IMG/VR virus record: IMGVR_UViG_3300045988_040655
Coordinates: 1-43,130 of that record
Direction: 5' to 3' (one strand)
Source: a virus
DNA length: 43,130 nt
Below the pieces are notes generated by a model, which did no database searches, had not been told where the DNA came from, and saw only the letters and a program-made list of their open reading frames with translations. This document shows, one piece after another, positions 21,295-31,569 of the stretch (position 1 is the stretch's first letter; each line of letters opens with the position of its first letter). The position numbers and the translations under genes are program-made.

Positions 21295-21495
21295 TTACAC
21301 CTCCACCTCCGGCAGGCCAGCCACGCTGGTCAGCAGACTCAGCACGCCCGCCAGCACCGACGCACTGACCACGGCTACCCAGTTTACATCTCCCAGCACC
21401 GCGCTGGTGCCGATGGTGGCCACGGCGGTCTGGGCGATGGTTTTCACCGCGCGGATTCCCGCAGCCTTGACCCACGTTTTCCAGTTCTCTTTCAT
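21295..21495 (-). CDS. Holin (LL-H-like, putative)
   Basis: 66 aa. Two hydrophobic segments: [18 protein letters not shown] and [25 protein letters not shown]. Confidence 0.6.
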   Translation of the reverse strand: MKENWKTWVKAAGIRAVKTIAQTAVATIGTSAVLGDVNWVAVVSASVLAGVLSLLTSVAGLPEVEV

Positions 21496-21818
21496 CTGTG
21501 TTCCTCCTTTTCGAGATCAAGCGCTTTCACCCGCTCATACAACTCCGTGCCGGTTCCGTTTCCGCCGAGCGCATGATACGCCTTGTAGATGTATTCGATG
21601 TTCTTTAGCGCCGTCAGGTCAATTTGTCCCGCATCAATGTGTCTGCTGCACTCCGTGTAGAGCCTGTCGTGCAGGATGGCAAGCAGGCCGTCCTTGATCG
21701 CCTCATCTTCGGCCTGCCGGGCTTTCAGCCTTTTGGCAATCTTGCGGTACGCTCCGCCAAGAGCAGCGATCACAGCGCCGAACACGGCTTCAATCCAATA
21801 CCTTTTTATCCATTCCAT
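21492..21818 (-). CDS. Membrane-anchored protein associated with the holin (108 aa)
   Basis: ATG 21818 with SD AAGGAGAG. TM helix [18 protein letters not shown] followed by [20 protein letters not shown]. The longer track ORF lacks an RBS. Confidence 0.55.
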   Translation of the reverse strand: MEWIKRYWIEAVFGAVIAALGGAYRKIAKRLKARQAEDEAIKDGLLAILHDRLYTECSRHIDAGQIDLTALKNIEYIYKAYHALGGNGTGTELYERVKALDLEKEEHR

Positions 21819-21828
21819 CGTCTCTCCT

Positions 21829-23574
21829 TTACTTCCACCTTCCCAGCACCAGCACCGACACGGTAAGCGCATCTGCGCCGCCGAAACTGCCGGATGGGTT
21901 ATGCACAAAGACGCGGGCGCTCTGGTTATCGCTCTGCGGGACAACCTTCACATTCCAGCCAAGCGCAGCACCGGCATTGCTTCCGACACTCTCCAAAGTT
22001 CCGAAGGCCGCCACGCCAGCCTGTAGGGCGAACGGATAGCTCACCCATTTTCCCAGCACGGATGCGGCGGAATACTCTGCTGTCACGTTGCACCACATCA
22101 TGGCAAGGCCGGACGCACACTTGACGTATGACCATTCCCCATAGGTTCCGTTCTCGGTCATAATGTCCCCGATCTGATTGTCGCCCAGAGTCACCTTCCC
22201 GCGAAACTTGGTGTCATATCCCACATCAAACACGTTTTCCAGCTCCGCCGTCTTTCCGAGGGATAACCCATCCCTCGACGCATAAAGGTCAAGGATCACC
22301 TTTGCAGACAGGACGGATACAGTCCTGCGGTCGCTGGTAAAGTAGTCCGCAACGACCAGCCGGAAATCATACTGATAGTCGTTGGAGAACACAGTGTCCG
22401 GAACTACGGATGTTTCTTTGCTGTATGCAGGGTCTGTCAACAGAGTTGTCCACTCCGTCTCCGTGCTCCGTTTGTACTCGATCGTTACCGCATGGGTGTT
22501 TTTTCGGTCGACTTCCGAGATCGCATAGCTGTATTCAACGAGCACATAATCGGAGTCCTCCTGATAGACGCCGCTTTTTGTGGCGCGGTTGACCGCAAAG
22601 GCTTTGATCGTCGGCCTCTGATACCCATCGACGTATACCGTGACTTCCGTGCTCGCCGTTCTGCCTCTGGTGTCCGTTACGCTCACATAGACCGGCACGA
22701 CGCCATAAGTCGTGATCGTATTGGTCGTTATGGACTGCCCGGAATATTTCACCTCACCTACTGATGTGACGTAGTCCCAGATTTTGCTGCCATAAGCGCC
22801 AGACGCAGTGATCTTTACATTCAGCCGCGATTTGTTCTGCACATATACGCCGAATTGCTTTGCGATAACGGCCTCCGCCTCCGAAAAGGCAACGTCTGAA
22901 ATGCTGGGAACCATATCGTCCGGGACAGACAGCGTAATTGGAAAATCCTGAGTTGCGATCACGTTACCCCCGGAATAGGTGATGAGCTGGAGCTTTCCCG
23001 TGCCGGATACCGCGTTGGGAATTTGCTCTGCAAGCGATTCAGGCGGGTACCACTCGTACCAGCCGGATGGTTTATCATCCAGAACCCACTCGCTGGCGGA
23101 ACCGAAGGTGTAGACAACGCGGTGCCGGAAGGCGTCGGACTCCGCCGAAATATGCAGCACCACCTTTGAGCCGATCGTGCCGCCGTCAATGGTCATCGCG
23201 CTGCCGCGCGGAATGGTGTCCAGCGTCTGGGTTGCAGACACACTGCCCGTGATTTTGCCGGAGATACTGCCGCTCAGACTGAGCACCATAGAGCCATCCG
23301 AATTGTGCGCAACGGTAGTCGTGCCGGACAGCAGGCTTGTTGCCCCGCCCGGAGACACCCGCACCTGCCCGCTGCCGCTGTAAGCGTTTCCGCCGATGTT
23401 GGCGGCATAGGAGCAGCTGCCCCATGTGTCCGACGTGGAGGAGCCGGACTTGCGGACTCTCAGCCACCAGCTGACCGTAGTCGTGTTATTCTCGACGGAC
23501 TGACTGTCCACCCGAGTCTCCAGCTCGATTGTAATGTACTGGTTGCTGGACGTCTGATTTGAGTAGATCGCCAT
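21829..23574 (-). CDS. Minor structural / baseplate protein (DUF859-like siphovirus protein)
   Basis: 581 aa from ATG 23574 (SD AGGGGA 8 nt upstream). N-terminus IYSNQTSSNQYITIELETRVDSQSVENNTTTVSWWLRV is typical of the DUF859 family. Confidence 0.7.
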   Translation of the reverse strand: MAIYSNQTSSNQYITIELETRVDSQSVENNTTTVSWWLRVRKSGSSTSDTWGSCSYAANIGGNAYSGSGQVRVSPGGATSLLSGTTTVAHNSDGSMVLSLSGSISGKITGSVSATQTLDTIPRGSAMTIDGGTIGSKVVLHISAESDAFRHRVVYTFGSASEWVLDDKPSGWYEWYPPESLAEQIPNAVSGTGKLQLITYSGGNVIATQDFPITLSVPDDMVPSISDVAFSEAEAVIAKQFGVYVQNKSRLNVKITASGAYGSKIWDYVTSVGEVKYSGQSITTNTITTYGVVPVYVSVTDTRGRTASTEVTVYVDGYQRPTIKAFAVNRATKSGVYQEDSDYVLVEYSYAISEVDRKNTHAVTIEYKRSTETEWTTLLTDPAYSKETSVVPDTVFSNDYQYDFRLVVADYFTSDRRTVSVLSAKVILDLYASRDGLSLGKTAELENVFDVGYDTKFRGKVTLGDNQIGDIMTENGTYGEWSYVKCASGLAMMWCNVTAEYSAASVLGKWVSYPFALQAGVAAFGTLESVGSNAGAALGWNVKVVPQSDNQSARVFVHNPSGSFGGADALTVSVLVLGRWK

Positions 23575-23575
23575 G

Positions 23576-24229
23576 TCAGGCATCCCCTACGGCGTACCAT
23601 TTATAGGTCGCATTCGAGATCGGCTTATAGCTTGTCGAGGAGGCAAGCACTGTAATAGTTCCGCCAGATACCTTCAAAACATTCGTGTCGCTCATATAAA
23701 CATTTTGGATGTATGATGAGTAGGATGAGCACCCGATCCCGCGTCCAGTTATACCGCCCTCTACGTCAACAAATGCACATACCAACCCCGCAGCATGTAG
23801 CTTGTTTGCTGTGTCGTAAACCATAAACGCTGAGATGCTTGATATGCCTGTCTCAATCACCACCTCGGTTTCCGCCCCGGTAAAGCTGCCGGTTTTTATG
23901 GTACTGCCGGAACCGCCGCTGCCCGCATACGTTCCTGCTACCCCGAAGATAGACACACCCCTCTTGATGTTTCCGGCGCTCAAATTCCCGTCGCCTTTGA
24001 TGGTCTGAGCGCCGGTGAGATACTGGTTCGCGGCGATCGTCTGGTTCGCCGTGCCGGGCGTGATGGTTTCCGCCGCTTTACGCGGCACATCTGCGCCGAC
24101 ATAAGAGGGCAGCTCTTTCTCGATCTCCGCAATGGCGGAGGCATTCGCGCTTGCGCCGGATTCCAGATTGTTCAGCGCGTCCGCCGTGATCGTATCGCCG
24201 GTGCTCCACGTTTTCTTTGTGTAACTCAC
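23576..24229 (-). CDS. Tail fibre / receptor-binding-type protein
   Basis: 217 aa, GTG start with SD AAGGAGG. N-terminus KKTWSTGDTITADALNNLE is a common phage fibre N-terminal motif. Confidence 0.65.
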   Translation of the reverse strand: MSYTKKTWSTGDTITADALNNLESGASANASAIAEIEKELPSYVGADVPRKAAETITPGTANQTIAANQYLTGAQTIKGDGNLSAGNIKRGVSIFGVAGTYAGSGGSGSTIKTGSFTGAETEVVIETGISSISAFMVYDTANKLHAAGLVCAFVDVEGGITGRGIGCSSYSSYIQNVYMSDTNVLKVSGGTITVLASSTSYKPISNATYKWYAVGDA

Positions 24230-26073
24230 TTCATGGCCTCCTTTACGGCGGTGATTTTGCTGTCTGTGCTGGCGTTGCTCTCCTCGATCGCGTTCAGGCG
24301 GGCTGCGGTGAGGCGGTCTCCGCTGTCAAGTTCAGCGCTTCCGACAACGGCTTCGCCGACGACGTTGGAGGTGTTTTCTGCCTCTTCGTGTACGCGGATC
24401 AGGCTCAGGTTTCCAGACCTGCGGGGGACGAACGCAAAACTACCGATGCGGAGACTTTCTGTGATATACGCATACCGGATGTATAAGCGATTGCTCGCAC
24501 CGCTAATGTACGCTACTTCTTCCCCGTCAGACCGAAAACTGATTTTCCCGCCCATATACACGGTTTGGAGTGTGCTGTCCGGGCTTCCAATCGTCAGCTG
24601 GCCTGTGCCGTTGTCATAGTACATTCCGCCGAAATTAAAGTTGCCGTTGTCCATATCAATCCATGTCGAGCCGCTCTGAGATTGCAGGATTCCCGTTTTT
24701 ACAAAGTCGGCGGAAACAGCTCCGTCCATTGTAAGCGCAACCTCGTATTCGCGGTCTGGATTGTCTGCTCCTGTGCAGTTGTTTGAATAGCCGAATCCAC
24801 CCATATTCCAGCGCCAGATTTTAACGGCCTTCTCAGGGTCTGTGCTGTCCATGATAAGGACTTCATTCCGTTCGCCTGTTTCTTTGCGAATTAGAATATT
24901 GCCGCCCATAGCCTGATTTAGGAGCTGTGTAGAGTTATTTGCAGCCTCTGCCAGTTTTTTCGCTGCGTCTGCTGCCGCTTTGATTGCCGAAACCGCTTTG
25001 TCGGATTGTGAATAACGACGCGACGCATCATCCAATCCCTCAGCTTCAATGCTTTGCGTTCCACGGAAAGTCCACGTCATGGATGTAATCAGGCTCACCG
25101 GGTCGCCGTCGAGTGCCGCCGTGTTTGTCAGCGTAATGTAATCTCCGGGCATTAAAGCAGGATCGCCGAACAGCGTACAGCTCATCGGGGTAAATCCAGC
25201 CTGCTTCACTTCTGCCAAGATCGCGTCCAGCACAGACTGAATCGCGTCCGTGCCAACGCCCTTTAAGAATGGGTTTTCATTCAATTCCAGCGTCTGCCCG
25301 GATATTCCTGCGGCATAGTCGGTATTGTCGATAGACATAGTTACCTTCGTTGTCTTGGAGAAGGTATCATTTACTGTCGTAGTACCGGATCGTTCGCCGG
25401 GGAAAATCGTCCTGACTGAATCGCTGTGGAGATGCACCAGCTCGAAGATACCCTCCCGGTTAATCCGGCCAAAACATCCTAAGAGCTGACACGCCCACAT
25501 AAGACAGTCTCTCAGCGTTTCTACTTCGCTGTCTGCCGGCAGGCTAAATTCCGTTTCGCAATTTGGAAATTCGTAGTAATTTCCCAAGTTGGAACTGATG
25601 CCAGCCTTTGAACAAAGGGAGCGGATAATCATATCCAACGTTCCGCTGGTGATCGCGTCTCCTATATCGACGTCCATCTGCACAAAAGAATCGAGTGCTG
25701 TCAGGCGCACATAGCCTGAACAGCGCTCGATGTCTTTCACGTAGAAAATGCCCAGCGGCACCCATTCCCACTCATCCTCGGTCGATGCAGCACCCGTAGC
25801 AATGCCGTATGTAACAGTTACTCTTGCGCCTTCGAGGCTGTACGGGTTTTCAATGTCTGTAATCAGCCCCATTTCCAGCTGTGCCGCCGTGGCACCGCCA
25901 ACGCCGAATCCGTCACCGATTTGAGCCGTATAGATCAGACTGCCGGAAACGATATTCTGATTGCTGACAGAAATCTGTGTTCCATCGTTAAGCGTAATCT
26001 GACCGCTAATTGCCTGACCGTACCGGACATTCGCCGATATAGCCGTTTTGTAAGAGTCGGAAACTGCGTACAA
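24226..26073 (-). CDS. Tail-associated (Tal / prophage tail endopeptidase-like) protein
   Basis: 615 aa, TTG start with GAGG SD. Position is downstream of the TMP and Dit-like genes. N-terminus SDSYKTAISANVRY...ITLNDGT is typical of siphovirus Tal proteins. Confidence 0.7.
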   Translation of the reverse strand: MYAVSDSYKTAISANVRYGQAISGQITLNDGTQISVSNQNIVSGSLIYTAQIGDGFGVGGATAAQLEMGLITDIENPYSLEGARVTVTYGIATGAASTEDEWEWVPLGIFYVKDIERCSGYVRLTALDSFVQMDVDIGDAITSGTLDMIIRSLCSKAGISSNLGNYYEFPNCETEFSLPADSEVETLRDCLMWACQLLGCFGRINREGIFELVHLHSDSVRTIFPGERSGTTTVNDTFSKTTKVTMSIDNTDYAAGISGQTLELNENPFLKGVGTDAIQSVLDAILAEVKQAGFTPMSCTLFGDPALMPGDYITLTNTAALDGDPVSLITSMTWTFRGTQSIEAEGLDDASRRYSQSDKAVSAIKAAADAAKKLAEAANNSTQLLNQAMGGNILIRKETGERNEVLIMDSTDPEKAVKIWRWNMGGFGYSNNCTGADNPDREYEVALTMDGAVSADFVKTGILQSQSGSTWIDMDNGNFNFGGMYYDNGTGQLTIGSPDSTLQTVYMGGKISFRSDGEEVAYISGASNRLYIRYAYITESLRIGSFAFVPRRSGNLSLIRVHEEAENTSNVVGEAVVGSAELDSGDRLTAARLNAIEESNASTDSKITAVKEAMK

Positions 26074-26082
26074 ATTACCACC

Positions 26083-26454
26083 TCACAGCTCAACAAAATT
26101 GCAAGACAGCTCGCAGATCGCAGAGCTAGGGTCGCTTGCGTCAATGTAATTCACGATAGAACCGTTTCTGTCACCCGCGTACATAGTTCTGGTTACGAAA
26201 GCGCAGGTGGTCAAGTCAAAAAATTCAACCGTGAACGATGCGGGAGAAATGGCACTCACAACAGAAGATAATTCAGCCATCGTGAGATGCCATTTCAATT
26301 CGATCTTGTACACACCTTCCCGCACCCGGTCGCGGAACATGACTCCATCTTCGCCTCGCCCGGTTGCGCTTCCGTCCAAGTCGGAGCGTGAAATGGTGTA
26401 CCCGTCCGCCAGTGGGGTCGGAAGCGCCGTTCCATTTACTTTAATCAAGGTCAT
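26083..26454 (-). CDS. Distal tail protein-like (short)
   Basis: 123 aa. ATGA overlap with the TMP gene. Assigned by position between TMP and Tal. Confidence 0.5.
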   Translation of the reverse strand: MTLIKVNGTALPTPLADGYTISRSDLDGSATGRGEDGVMFRDRVREGVYKIELKWHLTMAELSSVVSAISPASFTVEFFDLTTCAFVTRTMYAGDRNGSIVNYIDASDPSSAICELSCNFVEL

Positions 26455-29400
26455 GCGTAAGATTTCACCATCCCGTTCGTCCGAATCGCCTTCTGCTTCT
26501 GCCGCTTCTCCACTCTGGCCGCGATCTGGTCGCTATCGAGGTAAATGTAAATATCCCCGGAACCGCCGTTTTCGGCCATCGCCTGTTTGAATGCCTGTAC
26601 CATCGTAGACAAAGGAGTCTCGATGTTCGTTCCGTTTCTCTGGTCACCCAGCACGGCAAGGAATTCTTTGTTCGGCGGGATGACTGCGCCCTGCGCGAGA
26701 CGGGGAATCTGCGGAACAGAAATGGTCGGTAGCCAGCTGAACGGTTTCAGTCCGGCAATGCTGACGCGCTTGATGGAACGCAGGGCAGAATTAAGTCCGT
26801 TAAACGGGACAGCAATAACCCGGTTGATTCCAGAGATAAGCCCGTTCACAACGGTTTTTAGTCCGCTCAGGATGCCTTCTTTAATGCCGTCAAACACTGC
26901 GCCGCCAGTGGAGAAAACGTCCTTTACAGCCTGCCACGCGGCAGAGAACTTACCTTCAAACCAGCCGGACACATTGGCAAATACGTTCTTGATGCTTGTC
27001 CACAGGCCCTGAAACGTCTGAATAATAGCGTCAATTTTATCCTTAACGCCTTGCAGCAGACCTTCGGAAATGTAGTTGCCGATGGTTTTCATCTCTTTGG
27101 AGGGAGACGCAATTCCGAACGCTTTCTTAATGCCGTTCCAAATTGGAAGGAAGATGTTATTCTTGATCCAAGAGCCAATGCTTTTCAATACGTCAAGGAT
27201 GCCATCAAGCAGTCCTTTGATAGTAAATTGCCCGTCCTCATAGGCCACCTCATGCCACCAGTTCACAACGGATTCCCATGCATCTTCAATAAGCCCCCAC
27301 AAAAACGCAACCGCCGCGCCAAAGGCCGCGCCGATAGCCGTAAAGCAGGAAACTGCAACCCCAGACCAGTCCACGTTTTCTAGGAACGTAGCAATCTGGT
27401 GGCCGAGCGCTTGCCAATCGATTGAAGCGATTGTATCTGTAATGGAATCGAAAAATCCTTTTGCAATATTTCCTGCCGCTTCTGCAAGCTCCGGCATATC
27501 AAGATTGAGCAAAAAGCCCGCCAGTGTCTCAATCGCAATCTTAAACTTTGCCCATAAGAGCTGGCCAAGCGCCGTCCACTCTACAGCCGAAATCGCGTTA
27601 TTAAACATGGTCGCAAGGCTTGCGCCCAAATTCATGAAATCGAAGCTATAGATCAGGTTTGACAGAAACGCCAGTGCCAAATTGAATCCGGCACCCAGCG
27701 CCGTTCCGATGGTCGCCCAGTCGATCTGATTCACAAAATCGTTGAACGCAAAGGCGACTTCCTGTCCAAGCTGAACGACCTTATCGTAAACTCCGGGGAA
27801 GGTGAACATTTCCGCCACGTTGGCCGCGAAGTCGTTGATCCACCCGGCGAGGGATGTGAGGGCGTTTTTCAACGCCGGAATACCGTCATTCAGCAGTTTG
27901 TCCAAGAATGCGGAGAACGCCGCGCCCCACGAATCGAAGTTCAGCGGTTCGATTTTCTCAGTGGTGAACATATCGCCGACACCTCCGCCTCCTCCGCCGC
28001 CACCACCTCCACCGCCGGAGCTGCCGGACGGCGCGTCCAACTTATTGATCTCATCAAATCCAGCCAGTGTTTTCGACGCCTCCTGTGCCGCGTCTGCCGC
28101 ACTTCCTGCCGCGCTGGCCGTGTTGTTCAGGCTTGCGGCGTAGTCCTGCTGGACAGACGTTGCCTTGACGAAGGATGTTTTGCCCGTCAGAGCCGCCGTG
28201 AGCCTCGCTACTGCCGTTGCCGCAGAGGATAGCATATTGATGAAGGTCGTAAGAATGGGGGCTACAACGGACAGAATAGGCGCAAATGCTGTCGCAAGGC
28301 TGTTTTTCAGCTGCGTCAATGCGGACATAACCATTGAAATATCCGAATTGGTCTGCCCGGAGAACTGCGCCAGATTCTTGAATCCATCAACAAGAGCTGA
28401 CTTCAATTTGCGCACCAGCATATAAAGGGAACGGATGCTGAGTGCATATTTCAGGATCGTAAAAATGCCGGATGCAAAGCCACCGTTTGCCTTCTTGGAA
28501 CTGTCACCCAAGCCGAACAGATGCTTTGCGGCGTTTTTCAGCGACTTGCCGAGGGAACTGAGCCCCTTCTTGACAGCACTGCCAACCATACTTTTCAGGG
28601 CGGAACCGGCTTTCAGTGCAAGACTGCCGATGCCCTTTAACCCGGCCTGCAAACCCTTCAGCGGCAACTTGGCCAGTCCCTTTAAGCCATCTTTAAGCTT
28701 ATCTGCAAAAGATGTTTTCTGGCTGTCATTCCACTCCGCAACAGCGCTTTCCATGCGCTGATACTCAGCGGTAGTCTGCCGGACGGCCTCCGTATGCTTG
28801 AGCTGTGCCTGCTGGCAATCTCGAATTTTCTGGAGGATATAGTCCTGCTCTTGTGCGAGGCGCTCTGAGCGCTCTTGCTGTGCCGGGGTCAGCTCCCCGT
28901 TCTTCTCCTGTGCTTTTGCAATTCTGGACTGAGCAGCCTTGTTGTTTTTCAGCAAACGCTTCCAGTCCGCTTCCTCCGCCGTGGAGGCTTGGAGCTTGAT
29001 TTCCTCGCTTTCGGCCTTCTTCTTGAGCTTTTCAATCGATTTCTCCGCCGCCTCGATGTCAACATCAACGGGGAGTTCGATTTCACCGGCTTTGACACCG
29101 TTCTTCTGCAAATCAGCCAGCTGCTTTTTTGCGTATGCCAGCTTTGTTGCCAGCTCATTTGGTACAGCAGGTTTCGCACCCTGTGCCGCTCTGGACGATG
29201 CTATTTCTTGAGAGAGCTTTCCATATTCAGCCACAGTGGCTTTGATTGCCGCAGTGTATTTGCGTTCCGCAGCCTCTGCCGCGCGTATCTGCGTCTGAAT
29301 TGCTACCCACTGGCTTCCCAGATAAACAAGCTGTTTCCGCTCTTCCGGTGTAATAGTGCCCTTTGCCTTTATCGCGTTGGACTTCGCTTCATTTTCAGCA

Positions 29401-29546
29401 AGCACCTTTTTCAGCTCTTCTTTGTTGCCGATAGCCACATCCAAGCTGATTTTCGTCCGGCCGATTTTCTTTTGCAGCTTGAGCAGTTCTTTTTCTGCGT
29501 CATCAATGTCGAGATTTACAGGAATATCAAATCCTTCGTCTGCCAT
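26451..29546 (-). CDS. Tape measure protein
   Basis: 1031 aa. Coiled-coil N-terminus, hydrophobic Gly/Ala-rich central helices and a G11 tract. Canonical position after the chaperone genes. Confidence 0.92.
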   Translation of the reverse strand: MADEGFDIPVNLDIDDAEKELLKLQKKIGRTKISLDVAIGNKEELKKVLAENEAKSNAIKAKGTITPEERKQLVYLGSQWVAIQTQIRAAEAAERKYTAAIKATVAEYGKLSQEIASSRAAQGAKPAVPNELATKLAYAKKQLADLQKNGVKAGEIELPVDVDIEAAEKSIEKLKKKAESEEIKLQASTAEEADWKRLLKNNKAAQSRIAKAQEKNGELTPAQQERSERLAQEQDYILQKIRDCQQAQLKHTEAVRQTTAEYQRMESAVAEWNDSQKTSFADKLKDGLKGLAKLPLKGLQAGLKGIGSLALKAGSALKSMVGSAVKKGLSSLGKSLKNAAKHLFGLGDSSKKANGGFASGIFTILKYALSIRSLYMLVRKLKSALVDGFKNLAQFSGQTNSDISMVMSALTQLKNSLATAFAPILSVVAPILTTFINMLSSAATAVARLTAALTGKTSFVKATSVQQDYAASLNNTASAAGSAADAAQEASKTLAGFDEINKLDAPSGSSGGGGGGGGGGGGVGDMFTTEKIEPLNFDSWGAAFSAFLDKLLNDGIPALKNALTSLAGWINDFAANVAEMFTFPGVYDKVVQLGQEVAFAFNDFVNQIDWATIGTALGAGFNLALAFLSNLIYSFDFMNLGASLATMFNNAISAVEWTALGQLLWAKFKIAIETLAGFLLNLDMPELAEAAGNIAKGFFDSITDTIASIDWQALGHQIATFLENVDWSGVAVSCFTAIGAAFGAAVAFLWGLIEDAWESVVNWWHEVAYEDGQFTIKGLLDGILDVLKSIGSWIKNNIFLPIWNGIKKAFGIASPSKEMKTIGNYISEGLLQGVKDKIDAIIQTFQGLWTSIKNVFANVSGWFEGKFSAAWQAVKDVFSTGGAVFDGIKEGILSGLKTVVNGLISGINRVIAVPFNGLNSALRSIKRVSIAGLKPFSWLPTISVPQIPRLAQGAVIPPNKEFLAVLGDQRNGTNIETPLSTMVQAFKQAMAENGGSGDIYIYLDSDQIAARVEKRQKQKAIRTNGMVKSYA

Positions 29547-30128
29547 TTACTTCACCTCCCCCGTCCATGCGCTCAGAAGGTCGCGTTCTGCGTCTGAATA
29601 ATGCGTTTTTATGTCGATAATGTCCCTGTTCCTGTTGTAAAATTCCCGGTCGCTTTTATCTAGCGCTTTCCCTCTGGCTTTCAAATCCCGGATGCGAACA
29701 ACTTGGGCGAAAAAGCACTCTCCGATTTCGGTGTAAGCAGACAGAAATGTCCACCAGTGAAGTCCGCCGGTATTTGTTTCATCGTCATACGGGATTGCTC
29801 TGATTTCCTTGCCGAGAATGCGGTTGACCGGAGCGACGATATAGGGAAAATCCTGCTCCCAGTCCAGCAACTTTGGGGATTTTTTCTTCTGCGTATCGTC
29901 CTCATTCCCGCCGTTGATAAACTTGAAGCACTCTACAGCGGCGGTGTTGTAATCAGTCAGCAGGTCGAAATCAACATAAAAAATTTGGAGCGCGGCAAGA
30001 ATACGTTCCCACTGCTCCAAATCCGGGTCATTCAGCGCCTCGAAAATGTCCAGAACTACCCGGAAGTCATATCGAATTGCATAATCAACGCCGTCGATTT
30101 CTACAGATGTAGGTAAGCCGTAGTTCAT
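29547..30128 (-). CDS. Gp15-family tail assembly protein
   Basis: 193 aa. LPTSVEIDGVDYAIRYDFRVVLDIFEALNDPDL resembles the bacteriophage Gp15 family. Has its own AGGAG SD. Confidence 0.65.
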   Translation of the reverse strand: MNYGLPTSVEIDGVDYAIRYDFRVVLDIFEALNDPDLEQWERILAALQIFYVDFDLLTDYNTAAVECFKFINGGNEDDTQKKKSPKLLDWEQDFPYIVAPVNRILGKEIRAIPYDDETNTGGLHWWTFLSAYTEIGECFFAQVVRIRDLKARGKALDKSDREFYNRNRDIIDIKTHYSDAERDLLSAWTGEVK

Positions 30129-30143
30129 GCTGCGCTCCTATCA

Positions 30144-30569
30144 TTACTTCTTCTTGCGATACTTGGCCGTGTACTTCTCAATGCGCTTACTGGTGAGCTT
30201 CGGTTCGTTGTCAAACGCACCGTTGATAACATCGACCAGTGCAATCAGCAGGTTTGCCCAGACAGGCAGGCCGTTTGCGTAAGCATACACATTCAGGTCT
30301 CCGAACACGTCAGCGCAGATCGGATGATCAAACAGAGTGTCCATCAGCTCGCGCATCTCCGAATCGCACTTTCGGGCGAACTCATACACGTTAGAACCAT
30401 CAACATTCTGCACGCCAGCGGTGTACTTCTCCTGAAGCTCATCCAGCTTGTCGAACACATTGGAGATGTGCTCCACGAAGAAACTGTCCGTCGGGTTGAA
30501 CGTGACCTCGCACTTGCCATTCAGCGTGTAGGTTACAAGGCCAGTATCAAAGCTCAGAAGTTCAGCCAT
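30144..30569 (-). CDS. Tail assembly chaperone
   Basis: 141 aa; lies between the major tail and Gp15/TMP genes; basic KYRKKK end. Confidence 0.6.
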   Translation of the reverse strand: MAELLSFDTGLVTYTLNGKCEVTFNPTDSFFVEHISNVFDKLDELQEKYTAGVQNVDGSNVYEFARKCDSEMRELMDTLFDHPICADVFGDLNVYAYANGLPVWANLLIALVDVINGAFDNEPKLTSKRIEKYTAKYRKKK

Positions 30570-30571
30570 TC

Positions 30572-31102
30572 TTAATCGCCGCCTTCCGCAGTAAAGGTCA
30601 CGCCGGTAGAGGTAACAGCCGCAGTGCCCACCGTGCGAGTACCGCCGTAGGTCACGTCAATGGGCATTTCCATGTTGCCGCCGCCCTCACCGCCGAGGCC
30701 AGTAGGCTTGACCGCACAGGCAGAGTAGCGCTCCGCCCAAGAATTGGCCTCAGAAGTGCCAGCGTATCTATGGACAATGAGCATGTCCATGTTCGCCAGC
30801 GCCTGCGCGTTCTGGTCTTTCACGCCGAGATTCCACACCTTCACAATAGCGGAATCGCCAGAATCCAGATTGCAGGGGTCGAAAGACTGCGTGATCGTGG
30901 GCTTTTTCAGGTTGGTATAGGTATTTCCCAGAACGTCCTGAATCGTCTCCTCACCCCAGTCCATCTCAGCAGAGCTTTCCTCAACACGCTTGCCCAGCGG
31001 AGACCAAGTAGGCTTGCCGGATTCGCCGGTGTTGAGGTAAGCGATCATCAGTTCGCGGGCGATAGTCTGACCCGCAGTGGTGTTAAAAGTAACATCTGCC
31101 AT
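30572..31102 (-). CDS. Major tail protein
   Basis: 176 aa. Assigned by position and composition (Thr/Gly-rich beta protein: MADVTFNTTAGQ...). Confidence 0.7.
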   Translation of the reverse strand: MADVTFNTTAGQTIARELMIAYLNTGESGKPTWSPLGKRVEESSAEMDWGEETIQDVLGNTYTNLKKPTITQSFDPCNLDSGDSAIVKVWNLGVKDQNAQALANMDMLIVHRYAGTSEANSWAERYSACAVKPTGLGGEGGGNMEMPIDVTYGGTRTVGTAAVTSTGVTFTAEGGD

Positions 31103-31569
31103 TACACATTCACCTCATATGTCAGTTTCATCAAAATTTGGTAGTCCTCATACCCGTCTGCGTATTCCGCAAACTTGGATGCGAGCGCGGTCTGCTCGAC
31201 CTTGATAGCCCGCATCCCATCTGCCAGTTCGGGGAGATGGTTTGTCGCCCACTCACCAAACTGATTCAGCAGCTCATCGGCGCTCAGGCGCTTGTCATTG
31301 CTGTTCCCGGGCTTAATGCGGTAAATGACCTTGAACTGATACTCTGCCCGGTAGCCGCTCAAAATATAGCGTCTGGTGATGTATGTCCCCTGAATGGTAG
31401 AAATCGCCATAGCCGTCTCATCGCCGGAGCTGACATTCAGGAACTCATAGTTAATGACCACAACGGGCTTGTCTGGAAACGTGTTCGCCCATGTGGTCAT
31501 ATAGCGGGAAATCGCATCGACCTCAGACTGAGAGACAATGCCCTTGATTTTAGTCAAGTTTTCGACCAC
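31102..31569 (-). CDS. Tail terminator / tail completion-type protein
   Basis: 155 aa. ATG overlaps the major tail gene boundary. Assigned by position in the connector block. Confidence 0.5.
   Translation of the reverse strand: MVENLTKIKGIVSQSEVDAISRYMTTWANTFPDKPVVVINYEFLNVSSGDETAMAISTIQGTYITRRYILSGYRAEYQFKVIYRIKPGNSNDKRLSADELLNQFGEWATNHLPELADGMRAIKVEQTALASKFAEYADGYEDYQILMKLTYEVNV

Noticed and set aside
27985-28020. Poly-glycine (G11) coding tract in the tape measure gene as a slippage or phase-variation site
   Set aside because: The DNA uses mixed GGN codons (GGT/GGC/GGA/GGG) rather than a homopolymer or perfect short repeat, so slippage is not especially favoured.
29547-30569. Programmed -1 frameshift (G/GT-type) between the tail chaperone genes
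   Set aside because: The downstream Gp15-like gene has its own AGGAG SD and ATG, 15 nt after the stop. There is no overlapping frame extension, and I saw no slippery heptamer other than AAGAAGAAG at the stop.
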